A stretch of DNA of 64,000 nt, taken from the NCBI GenBank assembly GCA_965279375.1, contig OZ257156.1:256001-320000 (forward strand), written 5' to 3'. The number at the start of each line of letters is the position of its first letter. The first letter of the stretch is position 1. This DNA comes from Gemmatimonas sp. Its GTDB lineage: Bacteria; Gemmatimonadota; Gemmatimonadetes; Gemmatimonadales; Gemmatimonadaceae. This document shows positions 55,387 through 63,515 of the stretch, piece by piece. The notes below the pieces were generated by a model that saw only the letters and a list, made by a program, of their open reading frames with translations, ran no database searches and had not been told where the DNA came from. The translations under genes and the position numbers were made by a program.

Positions 55387-56571
55387 TCAGTTCTTCTTCG
55401 CGGACGGCGTCGGCGCGGACGGCGCAGACGACGCAGGAGCGGACGACGAAGGCGCGGCGGCATCCACCGGCGCCGACACAACCACCGAGGTACCCAGCGA
55501 GATGCCGCGCGCTGCACCCAGCAGCACCGTGTCACCCGCCGCCACACCCGTCTTCACTTCGAACGCACCGGCCGCCTCATCACGCACACCGAGCGTCACT
55601 TCCACACGCTCCACCTTGCCACCCTTCAGCCGCACGAGATACGGACGCACCACGGTCTGGTCGATGGCCTCTTCCGGCACCATCACGCCCACGCGCTTCT
55701 CCGTCGACACGCGCCCTTCCACGAACAGCCCTGACACCAACTGTCCCTTCTCGTTCGGCACACTGGCCAGCAAACGCACCTGACGACTCGTCGGATCCAC
55801 CGACGGCGCGACTCGCGTCACCTTCCCTTCCAGCACGCGGTCAGCGCCGTTCACCGTGAAGAGCACGCTGGAGCCCACCCTCACATCGCCCAACGCCGTC
55901 GTCGGCACCGATGCTTCCAGGCGCAGACTGCGCGGATCGATCACGGTAAACAGCGCGCCGCCCGGCGACACGATGTCACCGGGGCTGACCGAGCGCTCCG
56001 AGACGATGCCCGAGAACGGCGCGCGAATGGTCGCATTCCGCAGGTTCTTCTCGGCAGCGTCGAGGCGTGCCTTCGCGTCGGCCAGCGCGGCCTGCGTGCC
56101 GAGGTTCGCGTTGGTGGCGACCTCGACATCGCGATCTGCAATTGCGCCGGCAGCAGCGAGCGTCTTGCTGCGCTGCAGTTCGCGTGCAGACTGCTCGGCG
56201 GCCACCGTCACCTGCGTGAGCGTCGACTTGGCCGAGAGCACAGCCCCGCGAATGCTCGAGTCGTCGATGCGTGCCAGCACCGTCCCCTCGCTCACACGCT
56301 CGCCGGCTTCGGCGTAGGTCTGCAGCACGGCACCCGACATCTCGGCGCGAATGCGTGCTTCACGATCGGCGACGAGCGTTCCGGAAATCGCCGGGCCGCT
56401 GCGCAGCGTATCCATCTTCGCGACGGCAATGTTGTCCGGTCCGATCGTTTGCGACGTCGGTCCCGTGCTCGCGGTCGCGGCGTCACCCTTCTTGCCGCAC
56501 GCACTTGCTACCAGCGAAAGAGCCAGCAGCGTCGTCATTGGCGCCGCCACGCGGCGCGATATCGTCATCAT
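55387..56571 (-). CDS. RND periplasmic adaptor (MFP) lipoprotein
   Basis: Lipobox ASAC; lipoyl halves G.V...G..LARID and IRAPFSGIV; VDPTSR. Confidence 0.92.
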   Translation of the reverse strand: MMTISRRVAAPMTTLLALSLVASACGKKGDAATASTGPTSQTIGPDNIAVAKMDTLRSGPAISGTLVADREARIRAEMSGAVLQTYAEAGERVSEGTVLARIDDSSIRGAVLSAKSTLTQVTVAAEQSARELQRSKTLAAAGAIADRDVEVATNANLGTQAALADAKARLDAAEKNLRNATIRAPFSGIVSERSVSPGDIVSPGGALFTVIDPRSLRLEASVPTTALGDVRVGSSVLFTVNGADRVLEGKVTRVAPSVDPTSRQVRLLASVPNEKGQLVSGLFVEGRVSTEKRVGVMVPEEAIDQTVVRPYLVRLKGGKVERVEVTLGVRDEAAGAFEVKTGVAAGDTVLLGAARGISLGTSVVVSAPVDAAAPSSSAPASSAPSAPTPSAKKN

Positions 56572-58205
56572 GGGTTGGTACCCGGGTTCGTGGAGGATCC
56601 GTTGGATGACGCACCGCTCTGCGACGCGCCTTGCGTGCTACCCTGTGAAGCGCCAGCGAGCGGCAGATCGCGCAGCAACTGGAGCCGCACGCGTGCCACC
56701 TGCAGATTGCGCGCGGCCTGCGCGCGGTTCGCCAACGCCTGCTGCAACTGCACCCGCGTCTCGGAAAGTTCGAGCTGCGTGGAAATGCCTTCGCGGAATC
56801 GCACCTCCGCGATGTCGTACGAACGCGTCGCCTGTTCCGCCGTGCCGACGCTCGCCTGCCACGCCGCCTCGGCCTGCTCGAGCTGCGCCACCGTTTGCCG
56901 GGCATCGAGTGCCGCGCCTTCCTTCGTCTGCTGCAGGCGCAACTCGGCTTCCTTCACCGATGCTTCCGCCGCGAGCACTTCGCCCTTCACACGACCGCCC
57001 GTGAAGAACGGGAACGACACGCCCACGCCGGCGGTCCAGTTGGGGAAGAACTGATTGAGCGCACTCGGCAAACCATTGTCCGGGTACGCCAACCGCTGAT
57101 AGTTCGACGTCGCGGTGATCGTCGGCAGTCGCGACGCTCTCGTTGCCTTCAACTGTTGTTTGGCAACCTCCACACCCTTGAGCGCCTGGCGCACCGGTGC
57201 GCGCGTCGCAGAACCTGTATCGCTCGCCGCCAGCACGCGGCCGACCTCGGCGCGGACACTCGGGTCGATCGTGAGCACCTCGGCGGCATTCACATTCACC
57301 GTGGTGATGGGGGCCGTCGGTGCGTTGCTCGACGCGGGTGGGGCCGCTTCCACGATGCCATCCGTCAGCGCCAGCTCGCGGTCGAGCGGCAGGTTGAGCA
57401 GCTGATGCAGACGCACGTACGCGAGATCGCGATTCGTGCGCGACTGCAGCCACCCTGGCCGCTGATTGTCGCGCGTCACGCGGGCACGAATCAGCTCGAA
57501 CTCCGACGCTGATCCGACACTGCGCGTGAGCTGCACCTGCTTGAGCGTACGCTCCGACTGCACCAGCGACGACTCGGCGATCTGCACCAACCGATCCGCG
57601 AGCACCGCATCGTAGTAGGCCTGCGTGACGTCGAGCTGCACCTGCGCCTTGGCGCTGGTGATGCCGATCTCGGCCGACTCACGTCCGGCGACAGCCGCCT
57701 TGATGTTGGCCGACGCGCGACCGCCCGTGTACAGCGGCTGCGACGCGGTGATGGCGAACGTGGTGGTGTACGGCGACGCGAAGATCTTGGTGAGCGGATT
57801 GTCCGCGGTCGACGAGGAATCGCTTCCGCCGGAACCGCTTCCGCTGCTCGACTGACGCGAGATCGCCTGGAACTGGTTCTGCAGTGTCTTCTGCCAGTTC
57901 AGACTGGTGGCGAGCTGCGGCATCAGTGCGGAGCGTGCCTGGAACTGCTGGCCACGAGCGCGCTGGACGCCCGCCTGCGCGAGTCCCACCGTCTCGCTGG
58001 CACCGCCGGCGATCTTGAGGGCCTCGGTGAGCGACAGCGGGACCGCGCCCGCCTTCGTCGGGGAGGTCGGGGCAGCGGCAGGAGCCTGCGCCTGCAGCGA
58101 TGACTCGCGCAGAGGAAGGAGTGGCGCGGCCGAAGCGAGCGCCAATGCCATTGTGCCGTGCACGACGCGACGTGTTATGCCGTGTGTGCGAGAAGTGAAC
58201 ATCAT
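56568..58205 (-). CDS. TolC-family outer membrane efflux protein
   Basis: LSLTEAL, QPLYTGG, VTQAYY, FPFFTGG, RFREGISTQLEL; ATGA overlaps on both sides. Confidence 0.92.
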   Translation of the reverse strand: MMFTSRTHGITRRVVHGTMALALASAAPLLPLRESSLQAQAPAAAPTSPTKAGAVPLSLTEALKIAGGASETVGLAQAGVQRARGQQFQARSALMPQLATSLNWQKTLQNQFQAISRQSSSGSGSGGSDSSSTADNPLTKIFASPYTTTFAITASQPLYTGGRASANIKAAVAGRESAEIGITSAKAQVQLDVTQAYYDAVLADRLVQIAESSLVQSERTLKQVQLTRSVGSASEFELIRARVTRDNQRPGWLQSRTNRDLAYVRLHQLLNLPLDRELALTDGIVEAAPPASSNAPTAPITTVNVNAAEVLTIDPSVRAEVGRVLAASDTGSATRAPVRQALKGVEVAKQQLKATRASRLPTITATSNYQRLAYPDNGLPSALNQFFPNWTAGVGVSFPFFTGGRVKGEVLAAEASVKEAELRLQQTKEGAALDARQTVAQLEQAEAAWQASVGTAEQATRSYDIAEVRFREGISTQLELSETRVQLQQALANRAQAARNLQVARVRLQLLRDLPLAGASQGSTQGASQSGASSNGSSTNPGTNP

Positions 58206-58858
58206 TGGGAAGCGGTTGATGATGGAGTGGAAACTCGGGCGTCCGTTCGCAACGCGCGGGGCGTCGGTTCCGGGAGCGCGCCGAGGCCGCGCAAGAAAAT
58301 CCGTACGTAGGCGAGCAGCGTTTCGTCCTTCGGCTGCGTGAACATTTCCGGCATCAGATCACGGTTCATGGCGTCAGAGAACACCGCCCCCATGAGCATC
58401 GTGGCTGCGGCACCGACTTCGGACGGGCGGATCGCGTTGGTGTCGCTGATCCATCCGTTGCGCCGCATGTGGAGCACGTAGGCCCGCAACTGCCCGAGCG
58501 CGAGGTTCGGACCATGACCGGCACACGCCGCGGCATCGGGACGTTCCGCCGCGTCGCTCATGAGCTGCCGAACGAAGGCCCGTTTCCGCGAGATCTTTTC
58601 GTGTTGCGCCTGCGCCCAGTCGAAGAGCTCGGCCTCCGGATCGGCCGGGTCTACGGGGAGATGCTGATGGTCGTCCGCCACGGAGCCGATGATGGCCGCG
58701 TCGAGCAGCGCATCCTTGGATCCGAAATGCCGAAAGATCGTGACCTCGTTGACCCCAGCCTCCTCGGCGATGCGTCGCGTGGTCGCGCCGCGCCAGCCGT
58801 GCTGGGCATACACCCGGGTCGCGGCCTGCAAAATCCGATGATGATTGTCGTCTACCAT
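58202..58858 (-). CDS. TetR/AcrR-family transcriptional regulator
   Basis: RILQAA...GWRGATTRRIAEEAGVNEVTIFRHFGSKDALL. Confidence 0.93.
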   Translation of the reverse strand: MVDDNHHRILQAATRVYAQHGWRGATTRRIAEEAGVNEVTIFRHFGSKDALLDAAIIGSVADDHQHLPVDPADPEAELFDWAQAQHEKISRKRAFVRQLMSDAAERPDAAACAGHGPNLALGQLRAYVLHMRRNGWISDTNAIRPSEVGAAATMLMGAVFSDAMNRDLMPEMFTQPKDETLLAYVRIFLRGLGALPEPTPRALRTDARVSTPSSTASQ

Positions 58859-58871
58859 GGGATGAGAAATA

Positions 58872-58911
58872 TGCAAGCACTTACTTACACGCAAGTGGTC
58901 ACTTGCTTGCA
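58872..58911. promoter_or_regulatory. Tandem TetR operator-like palindromes between divergent tetR and qor
   Basis: GCAAGTG-GT-CACTTGC (58891-58906) and the related imperfect TGCAAGCACTTACTTACA (58872-58889), enclosed by TGCAAGCA...TGCTTGCA. Confidence 0.7.
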
Positions 58912-59007
58912 GCTCGCGTTTGGGTAGGAACGAAGCGCGCGGCCAAAAGTTTCGAAGGGTCCGGTTTCCGGGCTTGATCTGGCCCGGTCGGTGCGCAGAC
59001 TCCGGGG

Positions 59008-60009
59008 ATGACCATCCCATCCGAGATGCGTGCCGCGGTGATCCGTTCGGCGGGCGGCCCCGAGGTTCTGGCCATCGAAAGCCGCCCCGTCCCCACGCCC
59101 GGCTCCGGAGAGGTGCTGATCCGGGTGCATGGCTCGGCACTCAATCGCGCCGACCTGCTGCAGCGGGCGGGGCGCTACCCCGCCCCCGCCGGAGTGCCGG
59201 CGGACATCCCTGGTCTCGAGTTCGCGGGCGAGGTGGTCGCGCTGGGTCCAAACGCGGCCCTGTGGCCTGTTGGCGCGAGGGTGTGCGGGTTGGTGGGCGG
59301 CGGCGCGCACGCGGAGTATCTGGTGACGCACGAGCGCGCGGTGGCAGAGGTGCCCGCCGCGCTCGATTGGGCCGTCGCGGGCGCGTCACCCGAGGCATGC
59401 ATCACTGCCCACGACGCGCTGGTCACGCAGGCCGCGGTGCGCCCTGGCGAGACGGTGCTGATTCATGCCGTGGGGAGCGGCGTCGGGATGACCGCCGTGC
59501 AGATCGCGCGACAGCTGGGCGCGCGGGCATTTGGCACCGCGCGTGGCGCGGCCAAGCTCGACGCGGCGCGGGCGATCGGGATGGAGGAGGGCGCTCAGCC
59601 GGGGGAGCCGGGGTGGGTGGCGGCCGCCGCGAAGCGCTGGACCGGGGGCCGCGGATTCGATGTGGTGCTCGACCTCCTGGGCGGCGACTACATCCGCGAG
59701 AGTGTGGCCGCGATGGCGCCCAAGGGGCGACTGATCCTCATTGGCACGCTGGCAGGACTCGAGAGCACCCTCGACTTGCGCTTCATGCTGTCGCGTCGGT
59801 TAACCGTGCGTGGCACCGTGCTGCGCAGTCGTCCGCTGGAAGAGCGCATCGCGGCGACGCAGGGGTTCGCGCGCGAGGTGATGCCGTGGCTGGCGAGTGG
59901 CGCGGTGGTTACGCGTGTCGACGCGACGTTTCCGCTGGAGCGGATTGGCGAGGCGCACGCACTGATGGAGGGGAATACGACGACCGGGAAGATTGGGTTG
60001 ATGATGTAG
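59008..60009 (+). CDS. NAD(P)H-quinone oxidoreductase (PIG3/zeta-crystallin MDR family)
   Basis: GGPEVL, LNRADLLQRAG.YP, PGLEFAG, IHAVGSGVG, GTVLRSR, GKI. Confidence 0.92.
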   Translation: MTIPSEMRAAVIRSAGGPEVLAIESRPVPTPGSGEVLIRVHGSALNRADLLQRAGRYPAPAGVPADIPGLEFAGEVVALGPNAALWPVGARVCGLVGGGAHAEYLVTHERAVAEVPAALDWAVAGASPEACITAHDALVTQAAVRPGETVLIHAVGSGVGMTAVQIARQLGARAFGTARGAAKLDAARAIGMEEGAQPGEPGWVAAAAKRWTGGRGFDVVLDLLGGDYIRESVAAMAPKGRLILIGTLAGLESTLDLRFMLSRRLTVRGTVLRSRPLEERIAATQGFAREVMPWLASGAVVTRVDATFPLERIGEAHALMEGNTTTGKIGLMM

Positions 60010-60255
60010 CAGAGGGGCGTGGTGGCTTCGGTTTTGCCGACGGTGGCAGTAGCGGGTGTGGATGCCGGATTCGGTGCGGACTTTGTGGCGAAGGGATCGG
60101 CTGTGCGGCTTAGTGAGCGTTAGCGCGCCGGTGCTCCGAGCATGTGCTCCGCGCGGGCGGCGAGCGCGTCACCGAGCCCGCACGAGCTGATCGGCGCGCG
60201 CACGCGACCGTCGTCGCCGGTCCCCACTAGCGGGAGAGGCGCGAGGCCCTCCGCA

Positions 60256-60284
60256 TTGGCCCCTTTCCCGCCCGACGGTAAATT
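60256..60284 (+). promoter_or_regulatory. Internal sigma70-type promoter of the TA cassette
   Basis: TTGGCC-17 nt-TAAATT, followed by GGAGG SD (60299-60303) and ATG 60309. Confidence 0.5.
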
Positions 60285-60308
60285 CCGCTGACCACCTCGG
60301 AGGCGACG

Positions 60309-60536
60309 ATGAACTGGCGCGAGCACATCTGGATTGACGCAGAACGGATGCATGGGACCCCGTGTCTCCGGAACACTCGCATCCCCGTCTTCGTGGTCCT
60401 CGACAACCTCGCCGACGGCGAGACGGTCGACTCCATCCTCGCCAATTACCCGGGGCTGCGTCCGGAGCATGTCCCCGCCGCGTTGGCGTTCGCGGCCGAA
60501 CTCGCGCACGAGCGGATCGTCCCGATTCCGGCGTAG
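60309..60536 (+). CDS. DUF433-family antitoxin
   Basis: I.IDAERMHGTPCLRNTRIPV..VLD.LA.G.T...IL..YP.L....V.AAL.FAA. Confidence 0.9.
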   Translation: MNWREHIWIDAERMHGTPCLRNTRIPVFVVLDNLADGETVDSILANYPGLRPEHVPAALAFAAELAHERIVPIPA

Positions 60537-60538
60537 CT

Positions 60539-60907
60539 ATGCGGGTCAAGCTCGACGAGAATCTGCCGCACGCGGCCCGGGAGCGATTGGTCGCCCTCGG
60601 CTGGGATGTCCACGACGTGTACGACGAGGGGTTGGCCGGCGCGCTCGACGCGGCGATTCAGGCCGCCTGCGAGGCCGAGGACCGGGTGCTGCTCACCCTC
60701 GATATGGACTTCGCTGACACGCGCCGGTACGATCCCAGTCGCTCTCCCGGCGTGATCGTGCTGCGTCCTCGCGATCAGTCGATTCGGTCGGTCCTGCACT
60801 GTCTCGACGCGGCGGTGCGGGCGCTGTCCGTCCAGCGCGTGCGCGCCTCGCTCTGGATCGTGGAACCGGAACGGCTACGCATTCGCGATCACCCGACCGG
60901 CGCCTAA
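60539..60907 (+). CDS. DUF5615/VapC45-like PIN-domain toxin
   Basis: MRVKLDENLP, L..LGWDV, D..I...C..EDRVLLTLDMDF, PGVIVLR; its stop codon is the TAA inside the attC R'' box. Confidence 0.88.
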   Translation: MRVKLDENLPHAARERLVALGWDVHDVYDEGLAGALDAAIQAACEAEDRVLLTLDMDFADTRRYDPSRSPGVIVLRPRDQSIRSVLHCLDAAVRALSVQRVRASLWIVEPERLRIRDHPTGA

Positions 60908-61011
60908 CCTCGCGTTGCTCTTGACAGGGCCGCTATTGAGTGCTCCCTGTTGGCTGCGCTCACTGGTCGCGTTTGATTGTAGGGCCCTGCAAGAGAACGC
61001 AAGCGTTAGGC
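60902..61011 (+). repeat. attC site 1 (110 bp)
   Basis: R'' GCCTAAC ... R' GTTAGGC. Left arm GCGTT[G]CTCTTG[A]CAGGGCC pairs with right arm GGCCCTGCAAGAGAACGC, leaving two extrahelical bases. Confidence 0.9.
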
Positions 61012-61074
61012 GGCACAGCGAGATCGGTGTTTGGGAGTATCCGAAAAGCAATCGCAATCAGAAACGAGACCGCC

Positions 61075-61428
61075 ATGACGACAGCCGACCACGACGCCTA
61101 CATTGCCGCGGCGCCGGAGCCCTTTCGACCTGCGTTGCGGCTGTTGCGCACGCTGCTGGCCCGCGCCCTGCCGGAAGCGGAGGAGATCGTCGCGTACAAC
61201 ATGCCGGGATTCCGGATCGGCGGCTCGATCGTCGCGGGCTATGCGGCGTTCAGCAAACAATGCGGGCTCTATGTCCATCCAGGCGCGATCGCCGCACATG
61301 CGGAAGCAATCGCAGCCGCCGGCCTCAAGGCGACCAAGACCGGCGTCACCTTCTCGCCACGCAAACCGATTCCAGACGCCCTGGTCGAGCGGCTGGCGCA
61401 GGCGTCGCGAACGCACGCCGAGGCCTGA
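61075..61428 (+). CDS. DUF1801/YdhG-family (iron-chaperone-like) protein
   Basis: DAYIAAAPE..RPAL..LR.L....LPEAEE.VAYNMPGF, GYAAFSKQ..LY, F....PIP..LV..L. Confidence 0.82.
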   Translation: MTTADHDAYIAAAPEPFRPALRLLRTLLARALPEAEEIVAYNMPGFRIGGSIVAGYAAFSKQCGLYVHPGAIAAHAEAIAAAGLKATKTGVTFSPRKPIPDALVERLAQASRTHAEA

Positions 61429-61497
61429 CCGTCTCCGGGCGGCGTCCCCGGGGTCGCATGAGCGTGCACGGGTTGTGGTGCGTCGCGAAAGGCAGAG

Positions 61498-61688
61498 TGT
61501 CTATGCGTGCCACATTGCACAGACGGGCGGAGCCACGACGCGGCGTCTTCCGGCCTTTCGAGACGTGGTGCAACCGGCGACGGCGCCACTCGACGCTGGG
61601 CTACGACAGTCCGGCCGAGTACGAAGCGCAGTGACCGAACGCCGCGTAGCTCCGTTCACTTAACCGTCCACTTTTTCGTCCTCTCCCA
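61498..61688 (+). pseudogene. IS3-family transposase 3' remnant with possible right inverted repeat
   Basis: RAEPRRGVFRPFETWCNRRRRHSTLGYDSPAEYE* matches the IS3 OrfB C-terminal YNxxRxHSxLGYxSP motif; followed by AACCGTCCACTTTTTCG...CA; no DDE core present. Confidence 0.72.
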
Positions 61689-61713
61689 CTCCGCGCACTC
61701 CGCGAGGCCCAGA

Positions 61714-62184
61714 ATGTCCGACGATCTCGTTATCTCGCCCAGCCAGTTTCTCAAGCACTGGCAGGGTCACCGTGGCCTGACCCGGAGAATCATCGCCGGC
61801 TTCCCAGATGATCAGCTCTTCACCTTTTCGTTGGGAGGGATGCGCACGTTCGGCGCCCTCGCCAATGAAATGCTCGGGATGGCGGTTCCGACCGTACACG
61901 GCATCATCACCAATAGCTGGAGCGCGTACGCCGAGGGCGCGGCGACCACCAAGGCTGAACTGCTGGCCCAGTGGGATGAGACCACGAAGCAGCTCGACAC
62001 AACGTTTTCGCAGATCCCGCCCGAACGATTCCAGGCAGTGATGACGGCTTTCGGTCAGTGGACAATGCCAGGCTACGACCTACTGCTCTACATCGTCGAC
62101 AACCAGATCCATCATCGCGGGCAGGGCTACGTGTACCTTCGCGCACTCGGCATCAAACCGCACCCGTTCTACGACCGGAGCTGA
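61714..62184 (+). CDS. DinB-family protein
   Basis: HWQGHRGLTRR.I..FP, GGMRTFG, DNQIHHRGQGYVYLRALGI.PHPFY. Confidence 0.85.
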   Translation: MSDDLVISPSQFLKHWQGHRGLTRRIIAGFPDDQLFTFSLGGMRTFGALANEMLGMAVPTVHGIITNSWSAYAEGAATTKAELLAQWDETTKQLDTTFSQIPPERFQAVMTAFGQWTMPGYDLLLYIVDNQIHHRGQGYVYLRALGIKPHPFYDRS

Positions 62185-62313
62185 GTCGCACCTCCGCGAC
62201 CGGAGCGGGGTGGCGACGTGGGGCGGCCATGTGAACGCGACCTGGAGGCGACGCTCGTGTCTCCGTCGCGCGTCGCCACCGGTCGAGGCGCTCGACGGTC
62301 GGAGCGACGTGTC

Positions 62314-62424
62314 GCCTAACCTTGCGTTGCTGCTGACAGGGCGCTCAAAGATTGTGACCTTGTTCGCTGCGCTCACTGGCCACAACTCATGGACGGGCCC
62401 TGCGGCGGAACACAAGCGTTAGGC
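62314..62424 (+). repeat. attC site 2 (111 bp)
   Basis: R'' GCCTAAC ... R' GTTAGGC. Arms GCGTT[G]CTGCTG[A]CAGGGC / GCCCTGCGGCGGAACAC; shares the central GCTGCGCTCACTGG with attC1. Confidence 0.87.
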
Positions 62425-62474
62425 TAACCCGAGCGGACGGGTGCGCATTGCGTGGCGCCTTCTGTTCGGATCGC

Positions 62475-62507
62475 TCCCCGCGTTCCCCGCGTTCCCCGCG
62501 TTCCCCG
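62475..62507. repeat. 9-bp tandem repeat (TCCCCGCGT x3 plus a partial copy)
   Basis: Directly visible in the sequence. Confidence 0.85.
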
Positions 62508-62606
62508 AGTGTCGCCGTACCGCTGTCGTCAGTGATGTCCGTCGCAACCGTGCGCCGCTGAAGGACTACGCGGACGTTGCCATCACCCACAAGCGCACCG
62601 ACAAGC

Positions 62607-63344
62607 CTACGCAGTCACTCGCGGCAGTCCGCGCGCCCCTGACGGTCGCTCGCGCACCCCGTACCACAGCAGATACCCGATCATCCAGAACTCGCCGACC
62701 GAGGCCGGAATCGTGAGCGCATCAGCAACCGCTCCGATCCCCGGGACCGTCTGGCCGACGAATGCACTCAGCACGTATCCCACGCCGCCCACCACGAGCA
62801 GGTAGCCGAGTGTGCGCGGCATCCATCCGGAGCGGAGCACGAGCCAGCCCATCGGGACGAGCCAGAGTCCGAAGAAGATCGCGCCAACGCTCCAGAGCTT
62901 CCCGCTCACCACGTAGAGGAGCTGCACCGTGGCGGCCGCATCACCACCAGCCGCGAGCTTGACGTTGCCGACGACGGCGAGTGCGCTCGCTAGCAGAGCC
63001 GCGCTGCCCAGGATCGCGATCGCGTTGATGAGTCCGAAGGCCGCGAGTGTTCCGGCGGCGAAGTCGTCGACGCTGCGGAAGAGTTTGTAGAAGCACACGG
63101 CCGCCAGCGTCTGCGTGAGGACGATGCCCATCTCCATCCCGATGCCGACGCGAGCCAGCATCGTGTGCGTCGACAGGTTCGCGAGCGTGGCCGCAGCGTC
63201 AGCGTCGACGAAAAGCCGGGCGCGAATCAGGAGGAAGCCGAACATTCCCGTGACGGCGAGGCCGAGATAGAACAGTCCCGCGAGGCGCGCGGTGCGGCGG
63301 ATCGCCGCGATGGCGTCGCGCGGTGCGGGATCTGCGTGCGTCAT
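62607..63344 (-). CDS. DUF4386-family membrane protein
   Basis: ARLAGLFYL, D..AT..N, IFFGLW....G.L..RSG.MPR.LG.LL...G.GY, GEFW..GYLL..G. Confidence 0.8.
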   Translation of the reverse strand: MTHADPAPRDAIAAIRRTARLAGLFYLGLAVTGMFGFLLIRARLFVDADAAATLANLSTHTMLARVGIGMEMGIVLTQTLAAVCFYKLFRSVDDFAAGTLAAFGLINAIAILGSAALLASALAVVGNVKLAAGGDAAATVQLLYVVSGKLWSVGAIFFGLWLVPMGWLVLRSGWMPRTLGYLLVVGGVGYVLSAFVGQTVPGIGAVADALTIPASVGEFWMIGYLLWYGVRERPSGARGLPRVTA

Positions 63345-63515
63345 GCGACTGACACCATGCCGTTGTTGGACCGTCAGAGGAGCGAGCGATTGATGGCAAG
63401 GAGTACGGTGCGCCACGAAGCGTTGTTTCGCGATCGGCGCATGGTGCGGCCTCAAACAGAGCGCGCGCGACACACCGTCCGATGTCATTGGACTCTGACG
63501 TACGAACTCGGCGTG

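Larger units (their letters stand above)
60119..62424 (+). mobile_element. Integron gene-cassette array lacking an integrase in the window (CALIN-like)
   Basis: Core site GTTAG at 60119 plus two related attC sites (60902-61011, 62314-62424) bounding co-oriented small genes; no tyrosine recombinase ORF upstream. Confidence 0.8.

Noticed and set aside
60010..60118. A third complete attC or a definite attI upstream of the TA cassette
   Set aside because: Only the GTTAG core is clear. I found no RYYYAAC box with a pairing left arm and no intI, so it is left unresolved.
60915..61634. 239-aa ORF as an intact transposase
   Set aside because: It runs through attC1 and overlaps the DUF1801 gene; only the last ~40 codons resemble IS3 OrfB and there is no DDE core.
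62475..62507. GTTCCCCGCG units resembling the start of a type I-E CRISPR repeat
   Set aside because: The units are directly tandem with no spacers, only 9 bp long, and there are no cas genes in the window.
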